Of a stretch of 64,000 bases of DNA, positions 1-13,735 are shown piece by piece. This DNA is from Octopus sinensis (lineage: Eukaryota). The notes beneath the pieces were generated by a model. It saw nothing but the letters and a program-made list of their open reading frames with translations. It had not been told where the DNA came from and did not search any database. Both the position numbers and the translations under genes were made by a program. The stretch covers positions 31,558,001 to 31,622,000 of the forward strand of contig NC_043005.1 of assembly GCF_006345805.1 (NCBI RefSeq), written 5' to 3'. Numbering within the stretch: position 1 is the stretch's first letter; the number at the start of each line of letters is the position of its first letter.

Positions 1-2464
1 CAAATGTTTGATGTTTCAACCTCTACTATTTGTATAGGATTTTACATTTAATAGTTTATTTAGGTATTCTGAAAAATATTTTTATCTACTGAAACTACTA
101 TTAGCAGGTCTTTACTACATATATATTTTATCGTAAATCTTACTGTACCAGGTTTTCTATTAAATCTGAGAATTTTGAAACAACTTGATCAAGTGTTTTT
201 CTGCGAATTCGAATGATCTATAACCATCTGAGATCATATTTCATGTCATATTCAGTGAGCAGCATACAAGAAAACCTTTAGTCATAATGTCAAAGTCAAA
301 TATATGATTTGTGCCTGTCTTTCATCGTTGCTTAAAGAAAATCCTCTTTTTGTTTTCTTTTTTGTTTTTCACACAGTCTGTCTAATATAATATTCTGAAA
401 TATTTTATTTCATTGTTTTTTAAATCTTTCCCCAAAAGATTCTCTTCTTTTTTTCATGTTCTCTTCTCTATTCTCTCTTTTATTTTACACACCTTTCTTG
501 GAAATAGGGAAGCCGATATTATTTCATTATTTATTTCTTTTCATGCATATACTGCTGTCTACTAAATATGTATGTAAACATGCCATGTGTGTGTATGTAT
601 GCATGTATATAATATATTTATATCTGTTTGTGTGTAATATACATATATGTGTGAGGTGTTTGTTAATATATATAGTTCTTTAGTTGTAGATGTTGATTTC
701 ACATCCTATAATGACAATATTTTCAAATTCGTATTCTAAATTCTGCCACCACTGTTTATATTGATGTTGTTTTAGTATCAAATCTCATCAATTGTCTATC
801 TTCGGAGTGATTGCAATAAAACTGTTCATTACTTATGATACAATTCAGCCTGTTATTGTATCATAAAGAGTTAATCTTATAATTCATTTAATTTCATATG
901 TTTATACTGTGCCTGGATTATTTTTTCTTTTATATTTTCTCTTTTAATTATTCAATTAATTACTTTATTTTTTACTGATGACGTAATTGTGGTTCTGATA
1001 CAATAATTATCAATACTAAAATTGGGGCAATAACTCACCAAATCCACTCAGCTGGCAGATTGCAAAGGAAGGAAAGAAGTCAGAGGGAAGCCAGCAATGA
1101 CTTAAAAATCTCTAGATTAAGGGTAGAAAGAGAAAAGCTGATTCTAGATGAGAGAGGTTTGTAGGTCAATGCCTACCTTCAAAAACCAACCTAATGAAAC
1201 ATCAGCATGAAGACTATAGAGACGGGAAACCTGAGCAATTGACAACATCTTTTGTAACAACCAGGTCCTCGTTTAAGTATATTCACATTTACGATATATT
1301 CACATTGCGAATATATTCACATTTCTGATTGACTTAGTATTCGGTGGCTAACATTGCGACTCTTTGATGCGAAAACTAAGAGTTTGGACAAGCCAGTTCA
1401 AAAACCAACATGTGAAAACGATATGACTATGATATTCTGGAGCATTCTAGTTCAAACAAGATTGAGGAACGTGTGGCGGAGGGACTGTGTAAATATAACA
1501 GAACTGTGGATTGGTAATTTATGTTTTCTAATAGATATCTAGATAAGTTTCTGAGAAAAATGCAATCCACGTGACAGATTCTTGAACTGGAAATAAACAA
1601 GTTGAGGGGTTAATAAGTCAAAGAACAAGGGGAATTAAATAAAATTAACAACGCCATAACAACGTATCGGGTTTTACATATACTAAAACGAATATCATAT
1701 AAGTCGCCGTTGAGTTTTAATTCAGCAGTTCGAGTTATCCCGTACAAAATCTATAAACATTCGGCAAAATCACCATTCAATAGCACAACCCACAAAACAC
1801 AACGAATCCTTAATAACACAATATTCACTCTTAAATGAGATCTGATACTGTAAGACATCTCTCATACTACCAATGACTCCCAATGCACAATCTACACTTG
1901 TGCCAGCGCAATCCACTTAAAATTCCCGATCATACTCTAATCAATCATCAACAGGAAATAAAACGCGCAACATAACTTACCCAGTATATACAAAAATAAC
2001 ACACCAAAATAACACAACTCACACATTCTAAACAATAAACTGATATAACACAGAAAAAAAAATTGACATGCACAAGAGACAGCTGTAATATATAAATACA
2101 ATTAAGGTAGAATGCTTGGCGCAGTAGAAACTCGCATGTAACTGTAGAAAACATCATGATGATGATGATGATGATGACGACGGTGACGTTAATGACGATA
2201 TCGTCAACGAAAGCGATAAAAACAACAACAATGATAACGATTGCGATTCCTTCTATTTACTACGAGGGTGATGGATGGGGAAGACAATCACCTAAATATG
2301 CATAAAATGCGGAAGCTGACAAAAACAGATTGAATGAGGAAGAATAAGATGGCACATAGAAATATATAAGTACATGTTTGCATGTGTGTGTGTGTTTACA
2401 GCATATAAGAAAGAAACAAATATCCAGAAAAAAACACTTATAAACAAAATCAGTTGATTAATTA

Positions 2465-4080
2465 ATCAATATCCAACCTCCTTCACAGATAAAGAAATGC
2501 ACTATTTGCGCGATTCTAAAATTACAGAAAACAATTTCTACGGATTACCCTATATTCATAAGTGAACAGAAGAGCTAGTACATAAAAATATTAAGACCTT
2601 CAGATTTGAAATAGAGATGCATAGTTGCATGACCAAATCTCCAATTCAACGACGAGGTCATTTTACACATACTTCTGAAAACCTTATGCCCATTAATATG
2701 GATGTATACGAGATGACATGGATGTTCTGAAATATATCTTATCTACTGTCACAGAAGGAACTATCTTAACGAGCTTCAGTGTTACTAACTTTTAAACAAA
2801 CGTACCACACTCAATTGAGCCTGGGTAGAAAAACATAGGCAGATGATAAACAAACATTTCAAAACGGACCTTATCATCAAAGCTATACGCTTAGTACTTG
2901 AGGAGAATACCTTCAATGTTGATGGTAATACATATCGGCAAATAAAAAGTGAAGTGATGGGCATAAATTTACACCCACATATATTGGCTCGGTGATGGGG
3001 CTCTTAGAAGAAAATTTATATCGGAAGGTAGGGAAAACTTTTGTCCAAAATTTTAAGAAGTATGCTATAAGAAAATGGAAACGATTTATTTTGGAGTAGA
3101 TATCAAATCATGAATAACATATATTCCATAACATTCTGAACACCCTTTATTCATTCATTAAACTCACAACAGAAATCAGTTACCTAGCGTTCTTAGAAAT
3201 TCGCGTAAAAATATGTAACTCAATAGTAACAACAGATATATTTTACAAAAAGACAATATTTGAATGTTTACTCTTACCATGCCTCACACATCAAACAGAA
3301 GAGTCCTTATAGTATGGCAAGATATATTTGTGCAATAGTGGTTGACCTAGATTTACGACAAATTCCATTTAATAAACTTAAAAGCTTCCTACAAACGTAA
3401 CATAATTTAATAAATGGGATTATAAAAGCAATGAAACTAGATATCGTACAACTAAGGACCCCTATGAAAAAAGATGAGGAAACTACTATTCCATTATTAA
3501 CACACATGAACTAGGAATGTTCAACATATTCAATACTATAAATCTAAATTCACTAATGTTTTTCAAAACACAAAAATACAAAATGTTGTTGAAGAGAAAC
3601 TCATAAAGTAGAGTAAACGTCAACCAAAAAAAAAAATCATCTTAGGAAAACACCTCACAAAGACAGAATTCACATTAGGGGATAATTTTGAATAGACAAA
3701 TAGATGTAGTATATGCGGTAACAACAACAATTTCAAATATTTGTTTACTGGTAATCATATAAAATTTTAAATTGGTTTCTTCTTTCAAATAAATGCAAAC
3801 ATTAATTATAAAACACAGAATCTAATATACTGCACATTCTACACCAATTGCAAAGAAATTATATTGGTGAGATTAGAAACTCCCTTTGTCAGTGTGCAAC
3901 AATGCTTAGGCAACATATTAAATAAATGTAATTATGTAATATCCTACTGAGCAAACATCTAGAAATATGCCGAAGCAACAATTTCAAGAACTTCCTGTTC
4001 CATAAATACCTGAGGGGTGATTCAATATAACGGAAGGAAATTGAAAAGCATTTCATTAGCATATAATTCCCCCAAGTAAG
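2465..4080 (+). mobile_element. Penelope-like retroelement, decayed RT plus GIY-YIG endonuclease
   Basis: Frameshifted translations give NFYGLPYIHK (~2535-2560), LVLEENTFNVDGNTYRQIK..MG (2895-2960), LLEENLY...WKRF and FLEIRVK. A C-terminal C...YIGE.RNSL.Q...RQHI GIY-YIG-like segment lies at ~3845-3920. Many stops. Confidence 0.85.
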
Positions 4081-4109
4081 AAGTGAAAAAAAGTATATTT
4101 ATAGAAAGA

Positions 4110-4245
4110 GACTAGCTATTTTGACCCGTGTTTCTCTCGGGTTTTGGTGGTGGTGGCAACCAAACGGTAGCTCCGAGCGACTTGCAACCCTCCTCACACC
4201 ATTTCCCACCCCATTTTACCCCCCAGTGTAAATTTTGGCGCCAAT
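4110..4245 (+). mobile_element. Possible non-autonomous Helitron/Helentron-like 5' fragment
   Basis: Starts ACTAGCT...ACCCG...CGGG, resembling Helitron-type termini. It interrupts the gypsy fragment and has no coding support. Confidence 0.3.
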
Positions 4246-5140
4246 CAGCATTTTGTTTTACTTGAAACGTCGCCTTTGTTTTGGTGCACAGACCTAACTC
4301 ATGAGACAAAACTTCAGAAATGTTTTTAAAATTTTATTTTTAATTTGTCTGACGACTTATTTGTATTGGAGTAAAACCCATTTACATTTTTTTTAGACAA
4401 AAGATTTATGAGGAGGTCTCATAAGTTAAATAATTCCATCCAGTCTGTTCCAAATAAATTCGTTGTATTATTCAACACAAAACCTTTGGTGTTTAAGGAT
4501 TTTTCACGAAATGTAATGTCACTTATCATTTTGCTCTTAACATGTAAGTTTTTCCTGGAACACCACGGGTAATTTTTGAAGTTTGTTTTAATCTAGATCT
4601 CCTGATTTAATTTTTTTTCCATGTATCGAGATATTATTGCAGTATCCAATTGTAACTTTACATTTGTGTTTACCTACACAAATTTCCTTTGAGGCTCGAT
4701 CGTATTTCTTGTCAACAATAACTTGTTTACTTGATTTTTTTCTGTTGAACCGTTTTTTTAGGTTTTGTTTTACAGTGTGATTTTTTATGTCCTATCTTAC
4801 CACACTTGAAGCATTTGGTATTTTTAAACGGTCATTTACTTTTAAAATGTAGGCCACCGCACCCATAACATGGATTCGGTCTTGACATTTTTTCTCTTTT
4901 ATTTTATCCGTTACCGGTCGACACGCATGAATATGTAAGCAATCATTTTTTTCAATTTTGTTAGCGTTATGTCTTAGATTTATAATCCACTGGCATTCTT
5001 CTGCTACTGCCTGTAGAGTTAAGCATTGGTCCTGTTCTAATCTTGTTAATATCCGGGAACGTAATTCTGCATCTTTGCTTGCAGTTAGCCCTTGAACAAA
5101 AATCTAGGGAACGCTATAAATATTTGGGCAGTATCATTAC
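4245..5140 (-). mobile_element. Ty3/gypsy LTR retrotransposon gag-protease fragment
   Basis: Minus strand reads IFVQGLTASKDAELRSRILTRLEQD (gag), PCYGCGGLHFKSK*PFKNTKCFKCGKIGHKKSHC (zinc knuckles), RKFV*V..VKLQLDTAII (aspartic protease LDT motif), NLFGTDWMELFNL and ELGLCTKTKATF. Confidence 0.85.
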
Positions 5141-5144
5141 TTAG

Positions 5145-5950
5145 ATACTCAACAGCTCATGTAGATTAGACAAAAACTGAATTAGCAAAGCTAGACAGGA
5201 GAACTAGAAAAGAATTCAATACAAATGAAAGACTCCATCCAAGTATAGGAGCAGCAAGATTATACTTACCTAGAAAGGAAGCAGTTAATATCAATAGAAG
5301 ACGGCGGGGAGTTAGCTAGTGTAGAGATAGACTCCTATGCAGGTAATAGTGAAGAAAGTTTATTAAGCGCTGCTAGAATCACACCAAAATATAGGGAAAC
5401 CAAAACGCTTAAAGAAGTTAAAAACTAAAAAAAGGGAAAAAAGGTTATCTGACTGACAGGATAAGGCTTTGCATGGTCGATTCTCAAAGATAGTTGCAGC
5501 AAATAGTAGTGGTAAGACGTGACAATGTTTGCAGAAAGGAAAGCTGAAAAAGGGGACAGAAAGTTTGTTTGTAGTTGCATAAGATACAGCATTAAGAACT
5601 AATTGAAGAAAAGCAAAGACAGACAAAAAGCAAGTAATTTCCCAATGTAGGTTATGCAAATCAAAAGAAGAAAGCGTTACTCATATAGTAAGTGAATGTA
5701 GCCTGTTCGCACAGAAAGAATGCAAGAAAAGACCTGACGACTTAAGGAGAGTAATCCACTGATGTAGAAAGCTAAGATTTGAACATTTAAAACCGGAAAC
5801 GGGGCCTTGATCTGTGCTGCCCAAGGGCAAGCATTAAGAACGGATTACATCAAATACAGAATAGACAACACATCAGAAAGTGATAAGTGCAGAATTTGTG
5901 GATAAAATGGTGAAACCGTATGGCATATTAATAGTCAATGTACACCAGAA
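5145..5950 (+). mobile_element. R4/Dong-type RLE LINE 3' fragments (two abutting pieces)
   Basis: KALHGRF...KGKLKKGTESLFVVA.DTALRTN...CRLCKSKEESVTHIVSEC...KR.DD (CCHC/RHD region), followed by a second piece LKPETGALICAAQGQALRTDY...CRICG..GETVWHI...C. Confidence 0.85.
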
Positions 5951-6530
5951 ATTTCTGTCCCCTTTTTCAGCTTTCCTTTCTGCAACCGTAGCCATGTCTC
6001 ACTAATACTATTTGCTGCAACTATCTTTGGGAATCTACCATGCAACGCCTTCTACTATCAGTCAGATAATTTCTGTTCTTTTTTCTGGATTTTAACTTCG
6101 TTTGTGTTTTTCGTCTCCCATATGTTTTGTTTGACTCTATCAGCTTTTAATAAAATTTCATCACTATTACTTACATAGGAGACTATATCTACTCGCCTTA
6201 ACCCCACGCAGTCTTCTACTAATATTAACTCTCTTCTGCCTTCCTTTCCAGGTAAATATAATCTTGGTACCCCAGCACTTGGGTGGATTCTTTCATTCAT
6301 ACTGAATTCCTTCTTAGTTCGTCTGTCCAGCGTCGCTAATTCAATTTTTGTCCAATCTACAAAAGCTGTTGAGTATCTAAGTAACGATACAGTCCAAATA
6401 CCTATAGCCTTCACTAGCTTCGGACCATTTAGCTTCGACTTCATTAGCTTCCTCACCCTTCTGATGTACTCCTTCTCAATTTTCGTTTTCATATCTATAG
6501 TTATTACTTTGTCTACTTATCTCTGCTCAG
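5950..6530 (-). mobile_element. R4/Dong-type RLE LINE fragment, inverted relative to the 5145-5790 copy
   Basis: ORF 6058-6492: MKTKIEKEYIRRVRKLMKSKLNGPKLVKAI...LLRYS...DRRTKK...HP.A.VPRLYLP.KEG.R, the post-RT region of this clade. Confidence 0.85.
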
Positions 6531-7491
6531 TTATTATATCCATACCCATTTCTACCCAAAGTGTTTTACCATCCCTATTCTATAGCTCTATCTTTTAGGT
6601 TCTCTTTCTAGTAGCACTGCATTACTATCCTGTTTTCATCACTGGTCCACTTCCTCCTTCTTACTCTCCTATCTGCTAATGGAATATTAGGATAACAGCT
6701 GTGGTCAGTCTGCATTTTTACTGAAGCACTCCCGAGCATGGGGCTTCCCCTTAAAGGTCTAGCTTCACTTTCGCTGTTACAACCAGAGTTCCTTCGGAAA
6801 CTCGTCTCACATAAACTGAGCTAAATTAACTTTCGTCACCAACATCATCACCACTATTATTTTTCGACTGCCATCTAATATTTTCAAGCAACTTTCTATT
6901 GCATTATTTGTTGCACACTTGTTCTGGTGGGGTTGTGTGTGCTGCATTTTTTTTTTGAGGGAGGTATTGTATTAGTATATTTTGTTTGAGTCTTCTATTG
7001 TATTAGTTTTTGTATTGTGTGTTGCTTGTGCAGCGCAGTTTGTATTCTTTTGTCGGGTATCAGCCTTCTATGGCACATGTTGTAGACTTTGTTCCTTTTG
7101 TTAGGTATTTATTTTTTTTAGTTTATTCCTGTATGTTTTTGGAGGAGTGTTGCATAGTAGTGTGTGTAAAAAATGAATCAATTATTTCATAACATTTATG
7201 GTTATCTGTCCGTAGTTCTTTGTCTTTTGGTTTACTGTTAATCAGAAAATCTTATTCATTCTTTCATCTGCCCGCTTACAATCCGTGCTAATGGAGTATT
7301 GAAGTGGTTTAAGAGCCCTTTGGCGTCTACTTCTAGCGTGTTGGTGTAGTTAATCCACACCCTTTAATATAATTCTTTATATAATTATGAATTAGTATAA
7401 AATGTTAGCTATAAGGTTTATATTTCACATTGCCCACTTAATAAAATCATTAAAGTTATTTTATCCTTAATTCTATATGTAAAATATATAC

Positions 7492-7652
7492 ATAGACGCA
7501 GGAGTAGCTGTGTGATAAGAAGCTTGCTTCCCAACCATATAGTTCCGGGTTCAGTTCGACTGCGTGGCAACTTAGATGACTTTTACTATAGCCTCGGGAC
7601 GACCAAAACCTTGTGAGTAGGTTTGGTAGACGGAAACTGAAAGAAGCCCATC

Positions 7653-7713
<61 letters not shown>

Positions 7714-7895
7714 TGTTTGTGAGTCTGTGCTTGTACCCCCATTGCTTGACAACCGATATTTGTTTCCGTCCCCGCGATTCATCAAAACAGACCGATAGAA
7801 TAAGTACTAGGCTTACAAAAAATAAGTCCTGGGGTCGATTTGTTCGACTAAAGGCAGTGCCCCAGCATGGCTGCAGTCAAATGTAAAAGACTAAA
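7492..7895 (+). mobile_element. tRNA-derived SINE with internal (TG)n
   Basis: tRNA-like head with degenerate A/B boxes (gtagctgtgtgataag...ccgggttcagtt). The body ggaaactgaaagaagccc and tail gataGAATAAGTACTaggcttac...ggggtcgatttgttcgactaa are shared with many copies in the window. Confidence 0.8.
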
Positions 7896-8039
7896 AGAAT
7901 ATATATAATATACATAGACATTCATATATAAATGCCTGTATGCATACACACATATATACACTTATACATACATGCATATACATAAACATATGCCTGTATA
8001 AATTAATGTGCATATGTGTATGTGTATTTCTCTTTATTT

Positions 8040-8612
8040 TTCTACTTGTTTCAGTCATTTTTACTGCGGCCATGCTGGTGCACCGCCTTTAATCGAGCAA
8101 CTCGACCCCGGGACTTATTCTTTGTAAGCCCAGTACTTATTCTATCGGTCTTTTGCCGAACCGCTAAGTGACGGGGACATAAACACACCAGCATCGGTAG
8201 TCAAGCAATGCTAGGGGGACAAACACAGACACACAAACATACACGCACATACATATATATACATATATACAACGGGCTTCTTTCAGTTTCCGTTTACTTA
8301 TTCTATTGGTCTCTTTTGCCGAACCGCTAACTTACGGGGACGTAAACACACCAGCATCGGTTGTCAAGCGATGGTAGGGGACAAACACAGACACACAAAC
8401 GCGCACACACACACACACATACACACATGCATATACATATATACGACAGGCTTCTTTCAGTTTCCGTTTACCAAATCCACTCACGAAGCTTTGGTCGGCT
8501 CGAGGCTATAGTAGAAGACACTTGCCCAAGGTGCCACGCAGTGGGACTGAACCCGGAACTATTTGGTTGGCAAGCAAGCTACTTACCACACAGCCACCCC
8601 TGCGCCTATATA
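8040..8612 (-). mobile_element. tRNA-derived SINE (same family), with internal partial duplication
   Basis: Reverse complement of the 7492-7895 family. Segment 8140-8245 is repeated at 8300-8420. Confidence 0.8.
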
Positions 8613-10069
8613 TGTATATATATATATTTGTATTTTTATAGATAGTTATACATACTTACACAAACGCACGTACGCGCACACACATAGATATAGCTATATA
8701 GGTGTATACATTGGGAACTAGTATCATGTATTTATGTGCAAAATACAAGCTGTTAGAAAGAGTATATTTAAATGAAACACATAATCACATAATGTTTGGC
8801 TGTTTTTTTTTTTGTTTTGTTTTTGCACAGTTCTTATCTAAGTTTGAAATAATAAATACACAGACATATTATTCATGTGAGAATCGAATCAGTTATCTTT
8901 ATCTCCGACATACTTATGGAACAAACAGTTACGCAAAACAAATACTCAGAGATAAACAGATTTTACAGACAAATCATATGAGTAAATAAGAATGCATTTA
9001 AATGTTTGAATATAGACAAGACATATTTGATAAACGAGGAATATCAATATATGACTTCTGATGAACACTAGAGTATTGTTCTTTTTTGTTTCATTTTTAC
9101 TGATTATATTGTTCATGTTTTCGAGATCATTGATTCAAGCTATTGAATACAAACGAAGTCTTCCTAATTTTCTATCTGTCATTGTTTGACAACTAACTGT
9201 ACAATATTTCTTCAGAAACCGCTAACAGACTCGTGTTAAAAATGCTACCAGATGTTTCGAATAAATCTGGGGCTACACTGTTACCTGTGAGTCAATGTTA
9301 AAAGAAAGCGGAATAAAAGATATGGAAGTTGAACAGAACAACTCTGATTGGGAAAGCTCACGGTAATGAGGATACAATGACTCCAGTCTCTTTCTTTTAA
9401 ACGGTTACATTATGAGATCGTTTGACTTTGCGTAACATACATGTAACTAATCTGAAAGGGTATATTCTGTTGATTGAATGATTGTATACTACTGTGACGA
9501 TATGAAATTGTAACGATCCCCCCGTTACTGACCTCAGTGTTAACAAAATTCCCTTATGATATCCAAGACCTACGCTTGATAGTTCGATTCCCCATACTTT
9601 ATGCAACACATTTTCTGATCATTAGCAGTAATTAATTTGATTGATTACTTATTTCTACGGAATTCTGTAACATTCATTTTATTTTTCATTACGCAATGGA
9701 AACCTGGCAATTGTCCACTAATAAAATATATGACACGAAGTCCTAGAAACACGTAATCATTTTTTTCTTTTTACTTTTTCTAATTCCTATCAAAGTCTGA
9801 AAATATAAAATCATACACATATCATTCAGGTGAATAACACGGTTATATATTTAAAATAAATTCAATTCATATGTGCGTGTATTTAAGTATAGACATAGAG
9901 TGAGTTCGGTGCACCAGCCTGACCCCATGGCTTTCTCTGGAACTAGTAAAGGAGTAAAAGAGTAACAGGCGGAATCAACAGAAATATATTCTGACTCAAC
10001 TGTATTTTTTTAGTCTTTTATTCTGAATTTCAAAGAGGCCATATTATGGGTCAGTCTGAAGGTAGACAC

Positions 10070-11050
10070 AGTTAGCCTAAAACCGCAGAAACTCTTAGGA
10101 TTCCGCTTTCTACAGTTCATAGTGTGATTGTGCAATTTACCATAATGAGGAAGGAGTCAACATCACCTCGCCCAGGTTGACCAGGACTCTCTGACAAGAC
10201 CCATCTCTTTGTTAAGAGAAGTGTGGAGGATAATCATCGTTGCAAGGCCTCTGACATAGGAGAACAAGGTGATATCAGTCCCAGAACAGCTGTCAGGTAT
10301 CTTCACAAACATTTTGACCAGCCAATATCAAGCGGAGAAAAGATTTGGCCAGTGAGATGGTGGAGAGGCCATTAGTATTTTTAGAAACTGTCATATTCTC
10401 CAGTGAGTTTAGATTTGCTGTATTTTCTTACAGTGGTTGAGTGTGTGTGTCTGGAGACTCTGGCTTCAAGAACTGTGAAAAGATTGCAACCAACAATGAA
10501 ACATGGCAGCCATTCTGTGATGGTCTGGGGAACAATTTGGAGCAATGGTCGATCCAAGCTGGTTGATCAGAGCTGGTAGAGGGAAACATAAACTCAGATA
10601 AATATGTGTCCATATTGCAGAAAGGACTTCTAATCTTCTCAAGTGGTGAAATGATTAAAGAAACTTCTTTATTCATGGAAGATGGGGCTAAAATGACCCA
10701 AGATTTGTTGGAAGCTTCCATGGCCAAGCAGTCACCAGATATGAACCCTATTGAACACTTCTGGGGCATAATGGACAGGACACTTCATAAAAAGAACAAG
10801 AAAGCATCTTCAAAGCCAGATCATTTGATATTACTGCATGAAACTTGGCAAGAAATTCCGCAAGAAAATATTCGTCATCTGACCAGTAAGATGCCCAACA
10901 GGGTCTTTGCATTGAAAAATGCAAAGGGCATGTCTACTTAATATTAAATATTCGCATTGTAACTAATAAATAATTTGAATGTATAATTTCAGATTTAAAT
11001 AAATTTTAATGACTATATGAGTGCCTATTTACTTCTGTCATGGCTGTGAA
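10070..11050 (+). mobile_element. Tc1-family DNA transposon, decayed transposase
   Basis: RPG.PGLSDKT (HTH region), [33 protein letters not shown] and QSPDMNPIEHFW...W.EIP...I..L...MP.RV...NAKG (ORF 10606-10941). Ends with a TIR-like ...acttctgtcatggctgtg. Confidence 0.9.
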
Positions 11051-11699
11051 TATCAATTATGTTTGCTGCATATAGAAACAAAAGGGATTTCAGAATATAG
11101 TGGTTTTGGGTTATTATTATTATTATTTTCTAATAATTCTGTTTGTCAATGCTTTCCTTGGCCTGTCGGTAACACTTTCTCGTAATTAAAGAAAAAGAGG
11201 GAGAAAGAAACGAGGGAAAAAGAAAGAGGGAAAGCGAAAAAGAGGGAGAGAAGATGTGAGGTTAAGGGATGTAATTATAACGCTTCATAAAAAGAACAAG
11301 AATGTAATTATAATGCTTTCACGCGATCAGTTGAAGAGAAAGATAAGAGAAAAACGAGGAAAAGAGGATAAGGCGAAGAATGAGACAGAAAGATGAAGCA
11401 AGAAAAAGAGGGAGGGGGAAGCGTCCATGACGGGCGGTAGTGGGAACGTAATATTTATTATGTGGTCGAAAATGTTAGTTGAAGTTAGTAACATAGAGGA
11501 GGAGAGTTAAAAATATAGTTTTAGCAGAGGTGATGGTGAGGTTAAAGAATGGCAGAGAGAGGGGCAGAGATAAGAAAGAGAGGGAGAAGGGAGGGAGAGA
11601 GAGGGTTGAACAGAGATGATGATGATGGTGGTGGTGGAGATGGAGAGTTGGGGGTGAAGGGGTAGAGGTAGTGGTAGTGGTGGTGATTGGATAGTCAAA

Positions 11700-11950
11700 A
11701 TCTTTTTTTATTGAACTAAGTTTTTTTATATATCACCTATCACGTAACGCATGCGCATAAGTGCAATTCCGTGAAATATTCACGCTTATTTACGTGAAGA
11801 TAAATGCAATTTAACTAAAAGTTTTTTTTGTTAGTGAGAGCAGTCGAGTTTATTTCAGATATTCACATTTTAAAAATCATCTCCGGTTAATCGTTGAGAG
11901 GACGTTGGTGTTGCCATGGCAGAGGTTTGCGCTCTCTGAGTGCTCTTAAT
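11700..11950 (+). mobile_element. Possible Helentron/HINE-like non-autonomous element 3' end
   Basis: Ends ggcagaggtttgcgctctctgagtgctctt, a short terminal hairpin resembling rolling-circle non-autonomous element ends. Confidence 0.3.
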
Positions 11951-12440
11951 CTTCTTCTTCTTATTATTATTATTATATGAAAACTCACAACTTATTTTGC
12001 TGGGTATTGAGGGAAAGTGTCAGTTGTCCACAACCAGCAGATTAAGTTGACACTTGTTTATTGGTCATGCTTCAAGAACTCTGCGAAGGATTCTTGCAGT
12101 TCCAAGCAATGCTGATTATTGTAGGTGTTCTACCTTCACACTTGCACCAATCTTTTTCAGCCATGCTGAAAGCTGAGTGCTGATTCTTTCAAGTGCACCA
12201 GTTACTATTAGTATCACGCCTACTCTCTTCAATGACAACAACCTTCGTATTTCCCACTTCAAATCATCATACTTGTTTATTTTTTCTTATTTTTTCACAT
12301 TGATCCTATTGTCACCGGATCGCACATTATTATAAATGTTCTTTCTTTTTTATTCATCACAACAATGTCCAGTTTCCGATGTCCGGTCGGGTGATCGCAC
12401 TGAATCATTGCATCCAAGTAACCACGTTCAAATATATTTA
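11950..12440 (-). mobile_element. R4/Dong-type LINE 3' end (RLE domain), ending in (TAA)n
   Basis: Minus strand reads IQCDHPT.HRKLDIVVMNKK...KY.DLKWEIRRL...V....GAL...SALLGTARILRRVLE, and the 3' end abuts a TTA tract at ~11960. Confidence 0.85.
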
Positions 12441-12489
12441 ATTAATGCTTCAATTCTATTTAGTTTGTTGTAGTTGCTTTCTTATTGGG

Positions 12490-12632
12490 TTCAAACTTTT
12501 GGCACAAGGTTAGCAACTTCGGCGGGAGTGAAGGGGATTAGTCAATTACATCCACCCCACTCCTCAACTCGTACTTATTTCATCGACCCCAAAACGATGA
12601 AACGCAAAGTCGATCTCACTGGAATAAGTTAC
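12490..12632 (+). mobile_element. SINE fragment (second family)
   Basis: tacatccacccc..ctcaact.gtacttattt.atcgacccc.aaa.gatgaaa.gcaaagtcga motif, recalled as a common dispersed repeat tail. Confidence 0.5.
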
Positions 12633-12736
12633 TTATTGATATTTTCATAATGCCGAAATACCATAAGACAAAATAATTATCGGAGATGTATTTGCATAGC
12701 AAGTGACCTGATCTGAGATCGTGTGCTGAAACAAAA

Positions 12737-12938
12737 ACAATTGCAGGTGGAGGGTGTTTATAAGCCATTTAAAAACACGCATAAACCATTAGATTCACTT
12801 CAACATTTCGTCAGTGAACGGGTCGCGGTTTCAAAGCGACGAAAATATTTTGACAAATCAAATTTAAATGTTGAAGTAAATCTAACGGTTTTTGTGTGTT
12901 TTTAAATGGTTTATAAACAACTTCCACACTGCAATTGT
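12737..12938. mobile_element. Foldback MITE, internally deleted copy
   Basis: ~70-bp inverted arms, acaattgcag...gtttataagccatttaaaaacac...cttcaacattt and aaatgttgaag...gtgtttttaaatggtttataaac...ctgcaattgt. Confidence 0.75.
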
Positions 12939-13169
12939 ACAATAATTATCGTTTCTCCTTTTTATTTTTCCGATGTTTTTATTTAGAAAAAACACTTCAA
13001 GCTATTTTTCCTGCCGTTTTCTCTCTCTGAATTATCACATTGTAAGTATTGAGAACGTCATAATATCAGGGAATCGCAATATATTGCTAACATTTCCCGA
13101 TCGCGTCATATTTTTGTCTGACATAAAACTTAACTTTTCAACACATACATTAATTACACATTTATTTAA

Positions 13170-13735
13170 ATAAAATGTAGAAGACGTACTTCAAGTTTAA
13201 ATTCAGCCAAAGTCAGTGAACACACTGTCGTTCCAGTTGCATTGAGAACGCTTTTCCATTGTAGAAATATCTGATGATAGCGCTCACCATGCTTGTCATT
13301 CACCACTTGCGATATGTCCGAAAAGCAGAAACATTTCATATGTTGCACTTCTTTACTTGGTAAGAGTTAGGAATGTCACCTTCACCTACAATTTCGGAAT
13401 AGTTATTGGAATTGTAATTCCTTAAAAAATTGCTCAGAGACATTTGAAATTTTTTCCACAAAGCAGCTTCATTCGCTTGCTTCTTTAAATCTTTCACTTA
13501 ACAATTCTAAACTTTATTCATCTTTCCTTCATATCTATAACTCTTAGCATTTCTCTGATCTGAGGCCCTACAAAAACACCTTCTAACTTTCATATCACTG
13601 AACTGTGAAACTCAAATATTTGAGTCTAGTTTGCATTTCATCCGTTACTTTAGTATGCATCTGAAGAAGGAAAACTTTCTTCGGGGTCACCAAGTGAACT
13701 GCGCAAAATATTTTGTTTCTCCAGGAACAAGTGAG
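13170..13735 (-). mobile_element. CMC/Chapaev3-like transposase relic
   Basis: Minus strand reads SDMKV.EGVFVGPQIREML, FLRNYNSNNYSEIV and VNDKHGERYHQIF, matching the KEGIFVGPQIR...SDEHGERFHQDI signature of this family (recalled, not searched). Confidence 0.7.

Noticed and set aside
144-217. Candidate minus-strand exon (IIRIRRKTLDQVVSKFSDLIENLV; GTAAGA donor)
   Set aside because: The acceptor lacks a pyrimidine tract and no homology is recognisable.
9216-9286. Candidate plus-strand exon (tttcttcAG...GTGAGT; TANRLVLKMLPDVSNKSGATLLP)
   Set aside because: Good splice words but no partner exons or recognisable peptide; such matches are common by chance.
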